Assembly: GCA_048886685.1 (NCBI GenBank)
Contig: JBHLKM010000005.1
Location: 74,958 to 138,957, forward strand
Length of the DNA: 64,000 bases
Direction: 5' to 3'
From: Candidatus Hodarchaeota archaeon
GTDB lineage: Archaea; Asgardarchaeota; Lokiarchaeia; Sigyniarchaeales; SOKP01
The position numbers and the translations under genes were made by a program. Positions 1 through 9,565 of this stretch are shown here, piece by piece (the first letter of the stretch is position 1; each line of letters begins with the position of its first letter). Below the pieces are notes generated by a model. It made no database searches and was not told the origin of the DNA. It saw nothing but the letters and a program-made list of their open reading frames with translations.

Positions 1-236
1 TTATTTTTATCGTTATCTTCCCATAATAATATTCTGTTTCTTTCACTGAGGAGCAATACTTCAATAGCGTCAAAAACTAAAATATTCTGTTTATCATTAT
101 TTTTTTCAATAGTTCCTATATAAGAACCATTATAAAATTCTTCAATTCCTTTACTATCACTTATAATAACTTTATCCTTTTCGATTATTCCCTCTAACTG
201 AATCTTTTCAGTTTTCTCATTTGATTCTTCAGTCAT
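1..236 (-). CDS. endA: tRNA splicing endonuclease, N-terminal part (runs off window)
   Basis: Manual translation from ATG at 236: MTEESNEKTEKIQLEGIIEKDKVIISDSKGIEEFYNGSYIGTIEKNNDKQNILVFDAIEVLLLSERNRILLW. The Y..SYIG...L...EVLLL.E pattern resembles the EndA N-terminal domain. The catalytic domain is outside the window. Confidence 0.65.
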   Translation of the reverse strand, partial: MTEESNEKTEKIQLEGIIEKDKVIISDSKGIEEFYNGSYIGTIEKNNDKQNILVFDAIEVLLLSERNRILLWEDNDKN

Positions 237-459
237 GTAATAATTAATAGGAATTTTTGATGATTAAAGAATTTATCCGTCTGATTTCTCTTTTCTAAAT
301 TATGATAACCTAAAATTAATAACAATATTAGATTCACGTGAATCAAAATAACCCCTCTCTTCTGTTTTATGATGATGCTAGAGAATTAATCTTATTTTAA
401 TTCGGAGTAATTTAAATAACACTACTTATAATTATTAATTTTTAAGAATTTATGTAATT

Positions 460-1029
460 ATGAAAGAAATGTTGGAACAACTATTAACTAGATTAAAAGG
501 AGCCTCAAAACTAGTGTTCATGGGAATTGGGGAAGAAAAGTTAAGTGATGATGGGGTAGGACCTTATATAATCAGTGAACTCTTAGATTATTCAAATGAA
601 AAATTCTTGTTTATTAACGCGGGAATTGATCCTATGGGAAGGCTAGATGAAATTGTCGATTTTCAAGCATCACATCTCATTCTTTTAGATACATGTACGT
701 TAGATAAACCTCCTGGAACCGTTGCTATAATAGAGCGTGAAAATATCCATGAATATGTCCCAATTTCATCTCATACAATTCCAATTCATATTGTAATAGA
801 TTTATTAGCTGAGAAAATATCAGATATAAATATCTTTATGCTAGGATTTGTACCTGAAAGCCTGGAGGGATTTACTCAATTAAATTTATATAAAGAAAAT
901 GAGTTCTCTCTTGAAGAAAGGAGTGAGGATGAGGATTTACCTTTTTTTGATTTCAATCTAACAAACACTATAAAAAAAGCTGCAGAAAATGTAATAAAGA
1001 TTTTGAAGGAAATAATTATGAAATTATAG
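460..1029 (+). CDS. hycI: Hydrogenase maturation protease (HycI family)
   Basis: GIGEEKLSDDGVG, LLD, ISSHTIP motifs. Confidence 0.8.
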   Translation: MKEMLEQLLTRLKGASKLVFMGIGEEKLSDDGVGPYIISELLDYSNEKFLFINAGIDPMGRLDEIVDFQASHLILLDTCTLDKPPGTVAIIERENIHEYVPISSHTIPIHIVIDLLAEKISDINIFMLGFVPESLEGFTQLNLYKENEFSLEERSEDEDLPFFDFNLTNTIKKAAENVIKILKEIIMKL

Positions 1030-1032
1030 AGT

Positions 1033-1230
1033 TTATTTTCCTTTCTCAGATAGCTTTGAAATAAAATTCATAATTATATCTATTACTTTAGTTATGTATA
1101 CGTTTTCATCAGGATTTAGATTATGCTTTAATTTCTCAAGAAATTCAATGACCTCATCAGCCTTTCTTATTTTTCTCAAATAATCAGAACCTTCTTTATT
1201 CAGTGAACCGCCCCATACCATTATACACAC
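1033..1230 (-). CDS. Small hypothetical helical protein (start uncertain)
   Basis: ORF with plausible composition, convergent on hycI. Confidence 0.45.
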   Translation of the reverse strand: MCIMVWGGSLNKEGSDYLRKIRKADEVIEFLEKLKHNLNPDENVYITKVIDIIMNFISKLSEKGK

Positions 1231-1695
1231 CGCATATTAAAAGTAATTAAAACAATATGGAAAATTGACATTATGAATACAAAAAATTCATATTTATTTA
1301 ACTAATTAGTCATTCATTTATTTAAATAACCTTTCATTTATTGTTTTTTAATAATAAATAGTCTAAAACCGAAATTTTAAAGATTCGATAAACCAAATTT
1401 TGTTTGAAAATCTTTATTATGGATCAAATCTGATAAAAATTATGTTGAAATTTAAAATATTTTTATCTTTGAAATTATAGCAATTCTATCTCATAAACGC
1501 CATCTTAACTTAAGAACTTAATAAAAAACTCACGAACTTTTAATAATATCTTTTTAAATTTAATACTTCTGATAGTGTGTTTTCAAGTAAAAATTTTATA
1601 AATGAATTTTTGATAAAAATAACTAATCGTTTAATTTAATAATAAAAGATTTATTTTATTAGATTTTGTACTGTTTTAAAACAGAGTGGTTTACT

Positions 1696-2748
1696 ATGGT
1701 AATAGAAACAAATATTACGAAGATGTTTGGAATTAAACATCCAATTCTGAGTGCTCCGATGGGTCCCTTCTATACTACGAAATTAACTGTGGCTGTTTCA
1801 GAAGCTGGAGGATTAGGTGTTTTAAGTCATGTTACTATACATGGAACGGTGACCTTAGATGAAATGAAAAAAAGCATGGAATATGTTGTTGAACATACTG
1901 ACAAACCTTTTGGATTTAATATTAGGACAGCTAGATTGCAACCAGATGCTATAAAGCTTTGCAGACAACTTCCAAAATTCATTATGGAGAATCCAAAAAT
2001 AAAAGAACAATGTGTTTACTTAATTACAAGCGCGGGTTCACCAAGACTGATGTACAATAAACATTTTGAAAAATTAAAAGAAAGTGGTTCGAATATCAAA
2101 CATTTCCATGTCGCACCTTCATTATACCTTGCTGAAAAACTGATTGACAGTGGTGTTGATGGGCTGGTTATTACTGGTACTGAAGGTGGTGGACATCAGT
2201 CATATGAAAACATAAGTACGTTAGTTTTATTGCAGCAAATACTAAAAAATATGCCAAATATTCCTATTATCGCCTCAGGCGGTTATGCCACTGGTGAAGG
2301 ATTAGCTTCCGCTTTATCTATGGGTGTGGGTGCCATTGCTATGGGTACACGATTTATATCTTCGAAAGAATGTGAATTTCACGAAAATTATAAAAAAATG
2401 GTTGTTGAATCAACAGCCTCAGATACTGAGCTAATAACCAGTATTTTTGGACGCGCTAGGGTTTGGAAAAACAAAATGGCCGAAAAGCATAACCTTGTTG
2501 AAAGTAAAGAAGAAAAACAAGCTGAGGAGACTTCAATGTCAAAAATCGAAAGAGAGTTAGCTGATTTAGAAAAAACTTATGAAGGAAGAATTGAGGAGGG
2601 TATAGCTTATTTAGGCCAAAGTGTCGAACTCATAGACAGTGTGGAAAGTGTGTCAGATATAATAAATACTATTGTACATGATGCAGAAAAATGTTTAACA
2701 GCTGCCTATAACAATATCCGAAAAATGGAGATTGAACAGGTAGTCTAA
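1696..2748 (+). CDS. Nitronate monooxygenase / FabK-like flavin oxidoreductase
   Basis: HPILSAPMG, VSEAGGLG, GTEGGGH, IIASGG, MGTRF; ATG at 1696 preferred over TTG at 1666. Confidence 0.85.
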   Translation: MVIETNITKMFGIKHPILSAPMGPFYTTKLTVAVSEAGGLGVLSHVTIHGTVTLDEMKKSMEYVVEHTDKPFGFNIRTARLQPDAIKLCRQLPKFIMENPKIKEQCVYLITSAGSPRLMYNKHFEKLKESGSNIKHFHVAPSLYLAEKLIDSGVDGLVITGTEGGGHQSYENISTLVLLQQILKNMPNIPIIASGGYATGEGLASALSMGVGAIAMGTRFISSKECEFHENYKKMVVESTASDTELITSIFGRARVWKNKMAEKHNLVESKEEKQAEETSMSKIERELADLEKTYEGRIEEGIAYLGQSVELIDSVESVSDIINTIVHDAEKCLTAAYNNIRKMEIEQVV

Positions 2749-2969
2749 AATCCATTTTTATGGTGTTATTCTCTTTTTTATTTAACTTTTTTATTTAAGG
2801 TAATAAATACCCTATAAGAAGGTTATTTAGAAGTAAATAAATTCTAGAATAAAAGTTTAAAAATCCAACATCCCATAAGTTATGTGAAAATCATTTAGAG
2901 TTAAAGATTTTTGTACTTAATAAGGAAAACCCTAAATTATCTAAATAACAGATTAATAACCGGTTCAAA

Positions 2970-3395
2970 ATGATCCAAGAGTTAATGATTATTAATGAAG
3001 CGGGTATAGCTTTATTTTATCATAATTTTGTAGATGTAAATAACTTTAATGATCAACAATCCTTAGCAAGCTATTTTGATATTATTTGTCGTTTTACAAA
3101 ACATAGTTTTAAAGAAAACTTAAGAATGTTAACCTTAGATAGCTTTATCTTTTTCTTTTATACCCATAAATCTAATTATCATTTAGTTTTCAAATGCTTA
3201 AATAAAGAAATTAACAGTAAATTGCTAGAAGATACTGCTGAAACCATTATTGAAAGTTTTCTTACAAAATATAATGACATATTAGAGAATTTTAGTGGTG
3301 AAATCTCCCATTTCAAATCATTTGGGGAAATTATTCAAGACATTCTTTCAACCAAATTAACTGAATTTGAGGAAGTTCTTACTTTAGAACTCTAA
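2970..3395 (+). CDS. Longin/roadblock-like small protein (Asgard type)
   Basis: MIQELMIINEAGIALF N-terminus and F.GEI..F..F C-terminus typical of Asgard longin-like domains; resembles the C-terminal domain of 54779..55600. Confidence 0.6.
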   Translation: MIQELMIINEAGIALFYHNFVDVNNFNDQQSLASYFDIICRFTKHSFKENLRMLTLDSFIFFFYTHKSNYHLVFKCLNKEINSKLLEDTAETIIESFLTKYNDILENFSGEISHFKSFGEIIQDILSTKLTEFEEVLTLEL

Positions 3396-3507
3396 TGGTT
3401 GTGTTAAATTTTCTGGAAAAAGATGAAGAAATAAAAAGAGAGAAAAATAAGCCGGCTTTTTTCTCTTTAGAACCCCGTGATAAATACATTTCTTTTTAAC
3501 AGATTAC

Positions 3508-3762
3508 CTAAATTCCACCTGCTTGTGTCGCCATTACCGTAATTACATCTTTTTTTGGATGAATTCCTATTTTAGCAAATTTTAATTGATCGGGTAATAC
3601 TTTTCCTTTAAATATAAATTGTATAGCTAGAATAGGGTTCAATTTATACTCCCGTTGTACAGTTTTCTTAATCTCTGCTATTGAATTATTTGGATCAAGT
3701 TCTATCAACTTGATAGCTTGATCTGGGGGCACTCCAGTTAATCTAAACCTATATTGGGTAAT
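3508..3762 (-). CDS. Ubiquitin-like protein ending ...QAGG-I; probable ATT start at 3762
   Basis: Beta-grasp pattern (IAEIKKTVQ, QFIFKGKVL), GG one residue from the C-terminus. Frame extends upstream as (I)TQYRFRLTGVPP, with GGTGG at 3770-3774. Confidence 0.75.
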   Translation of the reverse strand: MTQYRFRLTGVPPDQAIKLIELDPNNSIAEIKKTVQREYKLNPILAIQFIFKGKVLPDQLKFAKIGIHPKKDVITVMATQAGGI

Positions 3763-4033
3763 TTTAATTCCACCTTTAAGATCTTTTTAAAATAATTTAT
3801 ATTAGTTATAAATTATCAAAATGATTAATTAAGGATTTTTGTCTAAATAAGTGAACTTAAGTTTAGATTACTTGATAATAAACTTTATCTCTAGGTTTGT
3901 ATTATTTAAAGGAATTTGAAATTTGAATCCTTTTATATGTGGTCTAAGAGATCTCTGTGGGGGGATTGGTTTAGGTACTGCTAAAAATTTACGGGGGAAT
4001 CAATCTAATCTGTTTTCTTATATTATCTTAACT

Positions 4034-4412
4034 ATGAGTATTGAATTCTTATTGTTGGAACATCTGTTCAAATTAAAGGCCGAGTAATTTAGACATATTA
4101 GATCAATTTATAGATAAATTTATTGAATTAAAGAAATATTCTGAATTATTGAGTGTCTTTAAGAAATTAGTTGAAGAACATCCTAAAATTCCTATATTAT
4201 GGTCGAAGTTAAGCCATGCATATTATTGGATTGGAGAGAGGTACAATGCCCTTCAAGCTTACAAGGAAGGTTTGATTTTATATCGATTTAATTATGAAGC
4301 AATAGATGGGACAAAGAGCATTATTAATGATTCAAGAACTGATTATTTTAGTGTTGTGAAACCATAGTTTGAGGAATTACCGAATTGGATTAAAAAGAAA
4401 ATCGGTTATTAA
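4034..4412 (+). pseudogene. TPR-repeat protein, apparently degraded
   Basis: MSIEFLLLEHLFKLK, +1 shift at about 4079, then PSNLDILDQ...HPKIPILWSKLSHAYYWIGERYNALQAYKEGL (TPR-like); TAG at 4365-4367 followed by open FEELPNWIKKKIGY*. Confidence 0.5.
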
Positions 4413-4480
4413 AATCTTTTTAATAATAACAACAAATTTACTATGCAATTTTAATTGAACTTAAACTCTATAAAAGCTTT

Positions 4481-4678
4481 TTAAATTCGAAAAGGTTCTG
4501 GGGGTGGTCCTGGGGGACCAGGAGGTCTTGGGGGGTGTATCGGACTTGGTCTTGGTGACGGAGGAGATGGAACATGAAGTAATCTGTTTTCCAATCTAGA
4601 AATTCGTTCCTCAATTTGTTCTAACCTTTCTTCAATTTTTTTTATCCTTTTTAATATATTAGGTTCTTCTATTGTCAT
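4481..4678 (-). CDS. Small coiled-coil protein with polyproline tail
   Basis: Heptad IKKIEERLEQIEERISRLENRL followed by PSPPSPRPSPIHPPRPPGPPGPPPEP. Confidence 0.7.
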   Translation of the reverse strand: MTIEEPNILKRIKKIEERLEQIEERISRLENRLLHVPSPPSPRPSPIHPPRPPGPPGPPPEPFRI

Positions 4679-4847
4679 TTTTTTTTAGTTCATTAATTTA
4701 ACTTTAATATTATTCCAATCCCATACATTCAATATTTACTTATTAACTTTTACTTGTTAATAATAACAATATATACTAAAATGAAACATATTTGTATTAT
4801 CATATTTTTTTAGTCTTAGTCCAAAAAAAAAGTATAGGTTTTTATAT

Positions 4848-5975
4848 TTGGAGTATAATTATATTATTATGGAAAGCTGGAGTATTTCAAATAAATTAAA
4901 GAATGACTTATTAAAGAAATCTAGCAATATTGAGGATAATAGTCGGAGAATATTATTTATTCTTAGAAACTTAGGTCCACAAAGGTTTACGAATTTAATA
5001 AAATATTCAAATTTGAGTAGATCTACAGTTTCTAAATATCTTACCAATCATAGAAAAAATAGAAATGTAGAACAAAGATTAATTACTGATAAACAAACAG
5101 GTAAACAATATCGTGGGTATGTAATCACTGAGAAAGGAATAGAAAAGCTTGGTGAAGAACCTTTAAAAGTAAAAGATGAGTTATTTATAGTTAATGAATT
5201 AAAAGAAAATGTCAGAAAACTGGAAGACCTAATAGATTTTTATAAGGAAATAAATGTAGAAGATGCTTTTATAATCCATATAGTAAGAATAATATCTAAA
5301 ATAGGAGATAATTTTTTTAATTTACAGCAAGATAGAGATCTCTATTTATCACTTTTTTACATTTTCTATAACTCAATTCTTGGTCAAGGTGCATTTGCCA
5401 GAAACTATTGGCATCTTGATGAGTCAAGTACTGAAAAATTTGTAGGTTATAAATTAAATTTAGATCAGTTTTGTGAAGTATATAAAGTATCAAGAGAAGC
5501 TATCAATTACTTAGCTAGATCTAAATTAATAAAGTTTGACTTTGGTTTTTATTTGATTAAACGTAAAAAAAATGATTTCTTCTTTCATGAGGAAGATTTA
5601 GTAGGAACAACAACACTTAGGCTCATAAAAGACAAATTAATTGATGAAATTATCAATCTTCAAGAAGGAATCTATGATATGATTTATGATCTGGATATTA
5701 TGGCTGAGGAAATAACTGATCAATTAAAGGAAATGGGCTTAATATGGGATGCAATTCAAGAGCAATTTCAATTGTTAGTACTAAATTTAGTTATTAAGAA
5801 TGCAATAGAAATGGGCTTTCTTGATATAGAGAGAGAAAAGTTAATGGAAGGGGTTACTCAATCAAAAAAATTACCTATGTCTAAAGAAGGTAAAATCCTT
5901 CAAGAAGCCATTTTAGAGGGTTCAGAAATAGAGTTAAACCTAAATATTCTTACTTTAACGTCAAATCATGAATAA
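4848..5975 (+). CDS. Winged-helix (ArsR/MarR-like) domain protein
   Basis: RFTNLIKYSNLSRSTVSKYL...YVITEKG winged HTH; C-terminal region unknown. Confidence 0.65.
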   Translation: MEYNYIIMESWSISNKLKNDLLKKSSNIEDNSRRILFILRNLGPQRFTNLIKYSNLSRSTVSKYLTNHRKNRNVEQRLITDKQTGKQYRGYVITEKGIEKLGEEPLKVKDELFIVNELKENVRKLEDLIDFYKEINVEDAFIIHIVRIISKIGDNFFNLQQDRDLYLSLFYIFYNSILGQGAFARNYWHLDESSTEKFVGYKLNLDQFCEVYKVSREAINYLARSKLIKFDFGFYLIKRKKNDFFFHEEDLVGTTTLRLIKDKLIDEIINLQEGIYDMIYDLDIMAEEITDQLKEMGLIWDAIQEQFQLLVLNLVIKNAIEMGFLDIEREKLMEGVTQSKKLPMSKEGKILQEAILEGSEIELNLNILTLTSNHE

Positions 5976-6201
5976 AAGTATTTCCTCTTAATCTAAACCA
6001 AACTAGATTAAATTTTTCTTATAAGTTAATATTAAGGAGATAATTTTCTTAAAAACCTTTGTACTATATAGTGATTTGATATAATAAATACATCATAACA
6101 TAGAATTTTCTGATTATTCGATTATTACAAAACATTAATATAATATTATTACATTTTTGTTAAATTGAAATTCAATATTTATAAAAATTAATTCTGGTGA
6201 A

Positions 6202-6651
6202 GTGTTGAAAATGAATATAAAAGAAAAATTTTTGGATATTGCCGTTATTTTACTACTGTATACAATTGCAACAATGTTAGTATTTGGATTTCTTGATGCA
6301 ATTTTAGGGACATTTATGCCTTACGAAGTTTCTTACATGGGTGTTGATGAGACTGACATAGAAAGTTTTAATGCTGAATTAATGGAAATGATCAGTGGTT
6401 ATATTCGAATTCTTGGATTTACATTTATAAGTTTTGGCATAGTTCTTATAATTATCTTATTCGTCGGCTTTCGTAAGAAAGAAAAATGGGCTTACATTTT
6501 AACCTTATTAGCAATTTTATCTTTAGATATTCCATATTTGGTGGTTCTTAGTCCATTTATGGATCTTCCCTTTATACTTGTCCTTATTAATCTTATTGTT
6601 CAAGCGGTTGCAATGGTTATATCCTTCAAGGAATTTTTTGGTAAAGAATAG
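6202..6651 (+). CDS. Hypothetical membrane protein (about 4 TM)
   Basis: Four hydrophobic segments. Confidence 0.7.
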   Translation: MLKMNIKEKFLDIAVILLLYTIATMLVFGFLDAILGTFMPYEVSYMGVDETDIESFNAELMEMISGYIRILGFTFISFGIVLIIILFVGFRKKEKWAYILTLLAILSLDIPYLVVLSPFMDLPFILVLINLIVQAVAMVISFKEFFGKE

Positions 6652-6845
6652 ATTTACCAATTCAAACTTTTTTTTTTTGTATTTTGAGTGAATCAATATG
6701 ATTAATTAAGACGATAATTAGATGTAAATTTTTAAAGAATAACTCAACATTTATTTTTAAAATTTTGAAAAAGTTAGGGGGTCTTATTAAACTTAAATAA
6801 ATTTATCATTGAATTTATTAACAAAAATCCTGACTCATTTATAAG

Positions 6846-8369
6846 ATGCTTCAATATCAGATAGTTGGACTGTTAATTAGTTCAATAATAGTTTTTTACA
6901 TCGCAATAAGAGGTCTAAACCATTTAAGTGAATTTAAGATTAACCAATATCTTAAATTAAAACTTGAGGGCGGAAGAACTAATATATATGTAAATAATCG
7001 ACGATTTATACAGTGTATGTACCTGTTATTAAATATTCGAGCGGATATTGTTGAAGAATATGATGAGATTGAATCTATTGATGAAGCAGCTGAAAAATTA
7101 GATCGCTCTATGGAGAGAAATCATCATAAAGTGCCACCAGAAACTGAATTTTGGGGACATTGTTCTAATATACAAGCTTGGGCTGACAATGAATATGATA
7201 CAAGAATTCTTCATCGAAATTTAGCTTTCCCTTTACTAAAAGCACTTGTTGATGCAGGAGATCCTATAGCTAGGCGAAAATTCAAAGAGGAAATTGCCTT
7301 AAGATTCGCAACTGGACACCCTACAGTTATAAGATTTTTAACTCAAAATGGTTATCTACATTACTTAACCGAAGATGAATTTGAAAGTATGCTAATTGAT
7401 ATAGATTTTCCCAGTATTGATGAATATTCAAGAAAAATTTTACCGCTGTTCGATAATTTGAAAGAAACTGAAGCCATTCAACAAATAAAGCAGTATACCA
7501 CAAATTTTGTAAATAGATTCCGTTTTAAATATAAGTATTTAATTTTACTAAAAGCAATAGAAAAGCTCCCAGGCACAATAAGACAAGAATTTATAGAAAT
7601 CATATATAACAAATATAAAAATGTCAGAAGCTTTCCTATATTGAAATTCTTGAATAAAGCTCAAATAAATTACAATGATTTAGATCTCAAAATTATTTCT
7701 TATGATAACAGGTTGGTGGGGATAGTTTTAGATTCAAAAGTTAATTTAAAAAATAAAATGATTGAAAATATAGAAGATATCAAGGGATTAGAAGAATCCT
7801 CAGAAAATATTATGGAACTGGATTTAAGTCATAATAGGATTACTAATTTAAGGGGAATTGAGAAATTAAAAAATTTAAAGAAATTATCCTTGAAAAACAA
7901 CTATATTGAAAAAATTGAATGGTTAGAAGGGCTTGATAATTTGGAATTTTTAGATCTTTCAGGAAATATAAATATTGAAAAGATTCCCGATTCTTTAAAT
8001 AAATTACCCTCACTTAAAATAGTTAAATTAACGGGATGTAGAATCAAACAATTTTCAGAATCAGTATCACACTTCTTCTGGATGGGTCAGAATTTTAGAT
8101 ATTATACAGAATTTACTCAAGAAGATATAAACTTCTATGAGAAAACTCATAAATCAAAAGCAGGTATCAACGGCAGGCTTTACAAAAATTTCGTGAAATG
8201 GTTATTTAAATTAAAGAAAATGATGAGAAAATATAAGTTTATTTATGAGGATCTCAAAAATTTCGAGAAAAAAACTAATTTACAAGCAATCCATTCAGGA
8301 AAACTATTAAAATCTTTCTTAAAGTATCTTGAGAATAAAAAACAAACAAGGATAACAAGATTCTTCTAA
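6846..8369 (+). CDS. Leucine-rich-repeat protein with Lokiarchaeia-type N-terminal domain
   Basis: EFKINQYLKLKLE..RTNIYV, EFWGHCSNIQAW, LHRNLAFPLLKAL; LRRs LDLSHNRI, LSLKNNYI, LDLSGN; start uncertain. Confidence 0.8.
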   Translation: MLQYQIVGLLISSIIVFYIAIRGLNHLSEFKINQYLKLKLEGGRTNIYVNNRRFIQCMYLLLNIRADIVEEYDEIESIDEAAEKLDRSMERNHHKVPPETEFWGHCSNIQAWADNEYDTRILHRNLAFPLLKALVDAGDPIARRKFKEEIALRFATGHPTVIRFLTQNGYLHYLTEDEFESMLIDIDFPSIDEYSRKILPLFDNLKETEAIQQIKQYTTNFVNRFRFKYKYLILLKAIEKLPGTIRQEFIEIIYNKYKNVRSFPILKFLNKAQINYNDLDLKIISYDNRLVGIVLDSKVNLKNKMIENIEDIKGLEESSENIMELDLSHNRITNLRGIEKLKNLKKLSLKNNYIEKIEWLEGLDNLEFLDLSGNINIEKIPDSLNKLPSLKIVKLTGCRIKQFSESVSHFFWMGQNFRYYTEFTQEDINFYEKTHKSKAGINGRLYKNFVKWLFKLKKMMRKYKFIYEDLKNFEKKTNLQAIHSGKLLKSFLKYLENKKQTRITRFF

Positions 8370-8436
8370 AAATGATCATTCGCTACATTTTATGGCATTT
8401 TCATCAATATTTAAAACAAGTATCAAAAGCTTCTTG

Positions 8437-9381
8437 TTAGGAATATTCTAACATTTTCTCAATTGGTTTTATCGCCCGTTTTGCTATATTAGGAGGAACT
8501 TTCACTTCAAATTTATTATCGTTTAAGTTTTCCAAGATGTATTTAATGAGTTCGAGATTGTGTTTCTTCATATTATAGCAAACTAGCTTCTCTTTTGCTA
8601 AATAGAATTTTTTTTGAGGGAAATCCTGAGCCATACGTTCTAAGAGCCCAACCTCTGTTCCAATTATAAATTCATTTATGTCAGGCAGACTTTCTTTAGC
8701 ATAATTGTACATCATAGAAGTAGAACCCACAAAATCAGCTAATTCTCTTACTCGTCTTACACATTCTGGATGAACAAGAAGCTTTGCTTTAGGATAATTT
8801 TCTCTTACAATTTTTATATCATCAATTGTAATTTGAGAGTGAACATAACAATGTCCTTTATCTGGCATTTTTATAGTTTTTATATGTGACATTTGTTCTG
8901 TGTAGTCTGCTAAATTTGCATCTGGTCCGAATAAAACTGCTCGTGTATTAAATTCTTCGCTAATTTTTTCTGTTATTTTCACTGCATTTGAAGATGTACA
9001 GCAGATATCAGATTCTGCTTTTACGGCAGCAGTAGAGTTGACATAAACTACCGCGGGTAATCCCGGATGTCTTTCTTTAAACTCTTTAACCATTTTTGGG
9101 TTAAGAAATGCGGCCATCGGACAACATGATTCATAATTCGGAATCATTATATGCTTATCTTGGTTTATAATTGACGCTGTCTCAGCCATGAAATCAACAC
9201 CGGCAAATATAATATAATCTGTATTTGCTTTTTCTTTAGCTGTTCGAGATAATCCGAGAGAGTCTCCTAAATAATCAGCAATTTCTTGAATTTCAATTGG
9301 TTGATAATAATGAGCTAAAATTATTACATTATTTTGCTTTTTTAGTGTTAAAATTTCTTCTTGAAGTTGTTTGATAGTCAT
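8437..9381 (-). CDS. nadA: Quinolinate synthase
   Basis: ILAHYYQ, GDSLGL, FMAETA, CPMA, YVNS, CYVH, HPEC, GST motifs. Confidence 0.95.
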   Translation of the reverse strand: MTIKQLQEEILTLKKQNNVIILAHYYQPIEIQEIADYLGDSLGLSRTAKEKANTDYIIFAGVDFMAETASIINQDKHIMIPNYESCCPMAAFLNPKMVKEFKERHPGLPAVVYVNSTAAVKAESDICCTSSNAVKITEKISEEFNTRAVLFGPDANLADYTEQMSHIKTIKMPDKGHCYVHSQITIDDIKIVRENYPKAKLLVHPECVRRVRELADFVGSTSMMYNYAKESLPDINEFIIGTEVGLLERMAQDFPQKKFYLAKEKLVCYNMKKHNLELIKYILENLNDNKFEVKVPPNIAKRAIKPIEKMLEYS

Positions 9382-9565
9382 TTTTTCAAAAAGGAATCAA
9401 TATTTATTATAATACTTAAGGATTTAAGAAAAGATAAGTTGTTTGATTATAAAAAATTTGAATTATGTAATTTTAGAGACTTTAATTAGGAAGTTTGTTA
9501 ATTCGTAAAATTATTATTTCTGGGAAATATAATTGAAATTAACATTATAATGGGGTAGTTTCATT

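Noticed and set aside
4365-4367. Pyrrolysine or amber read-through in the TPR and MFS fragments
   Set aside because: Both also carry frameshifts, and TAG is a normal stop in many genes here. Decay is the simpler explanation.
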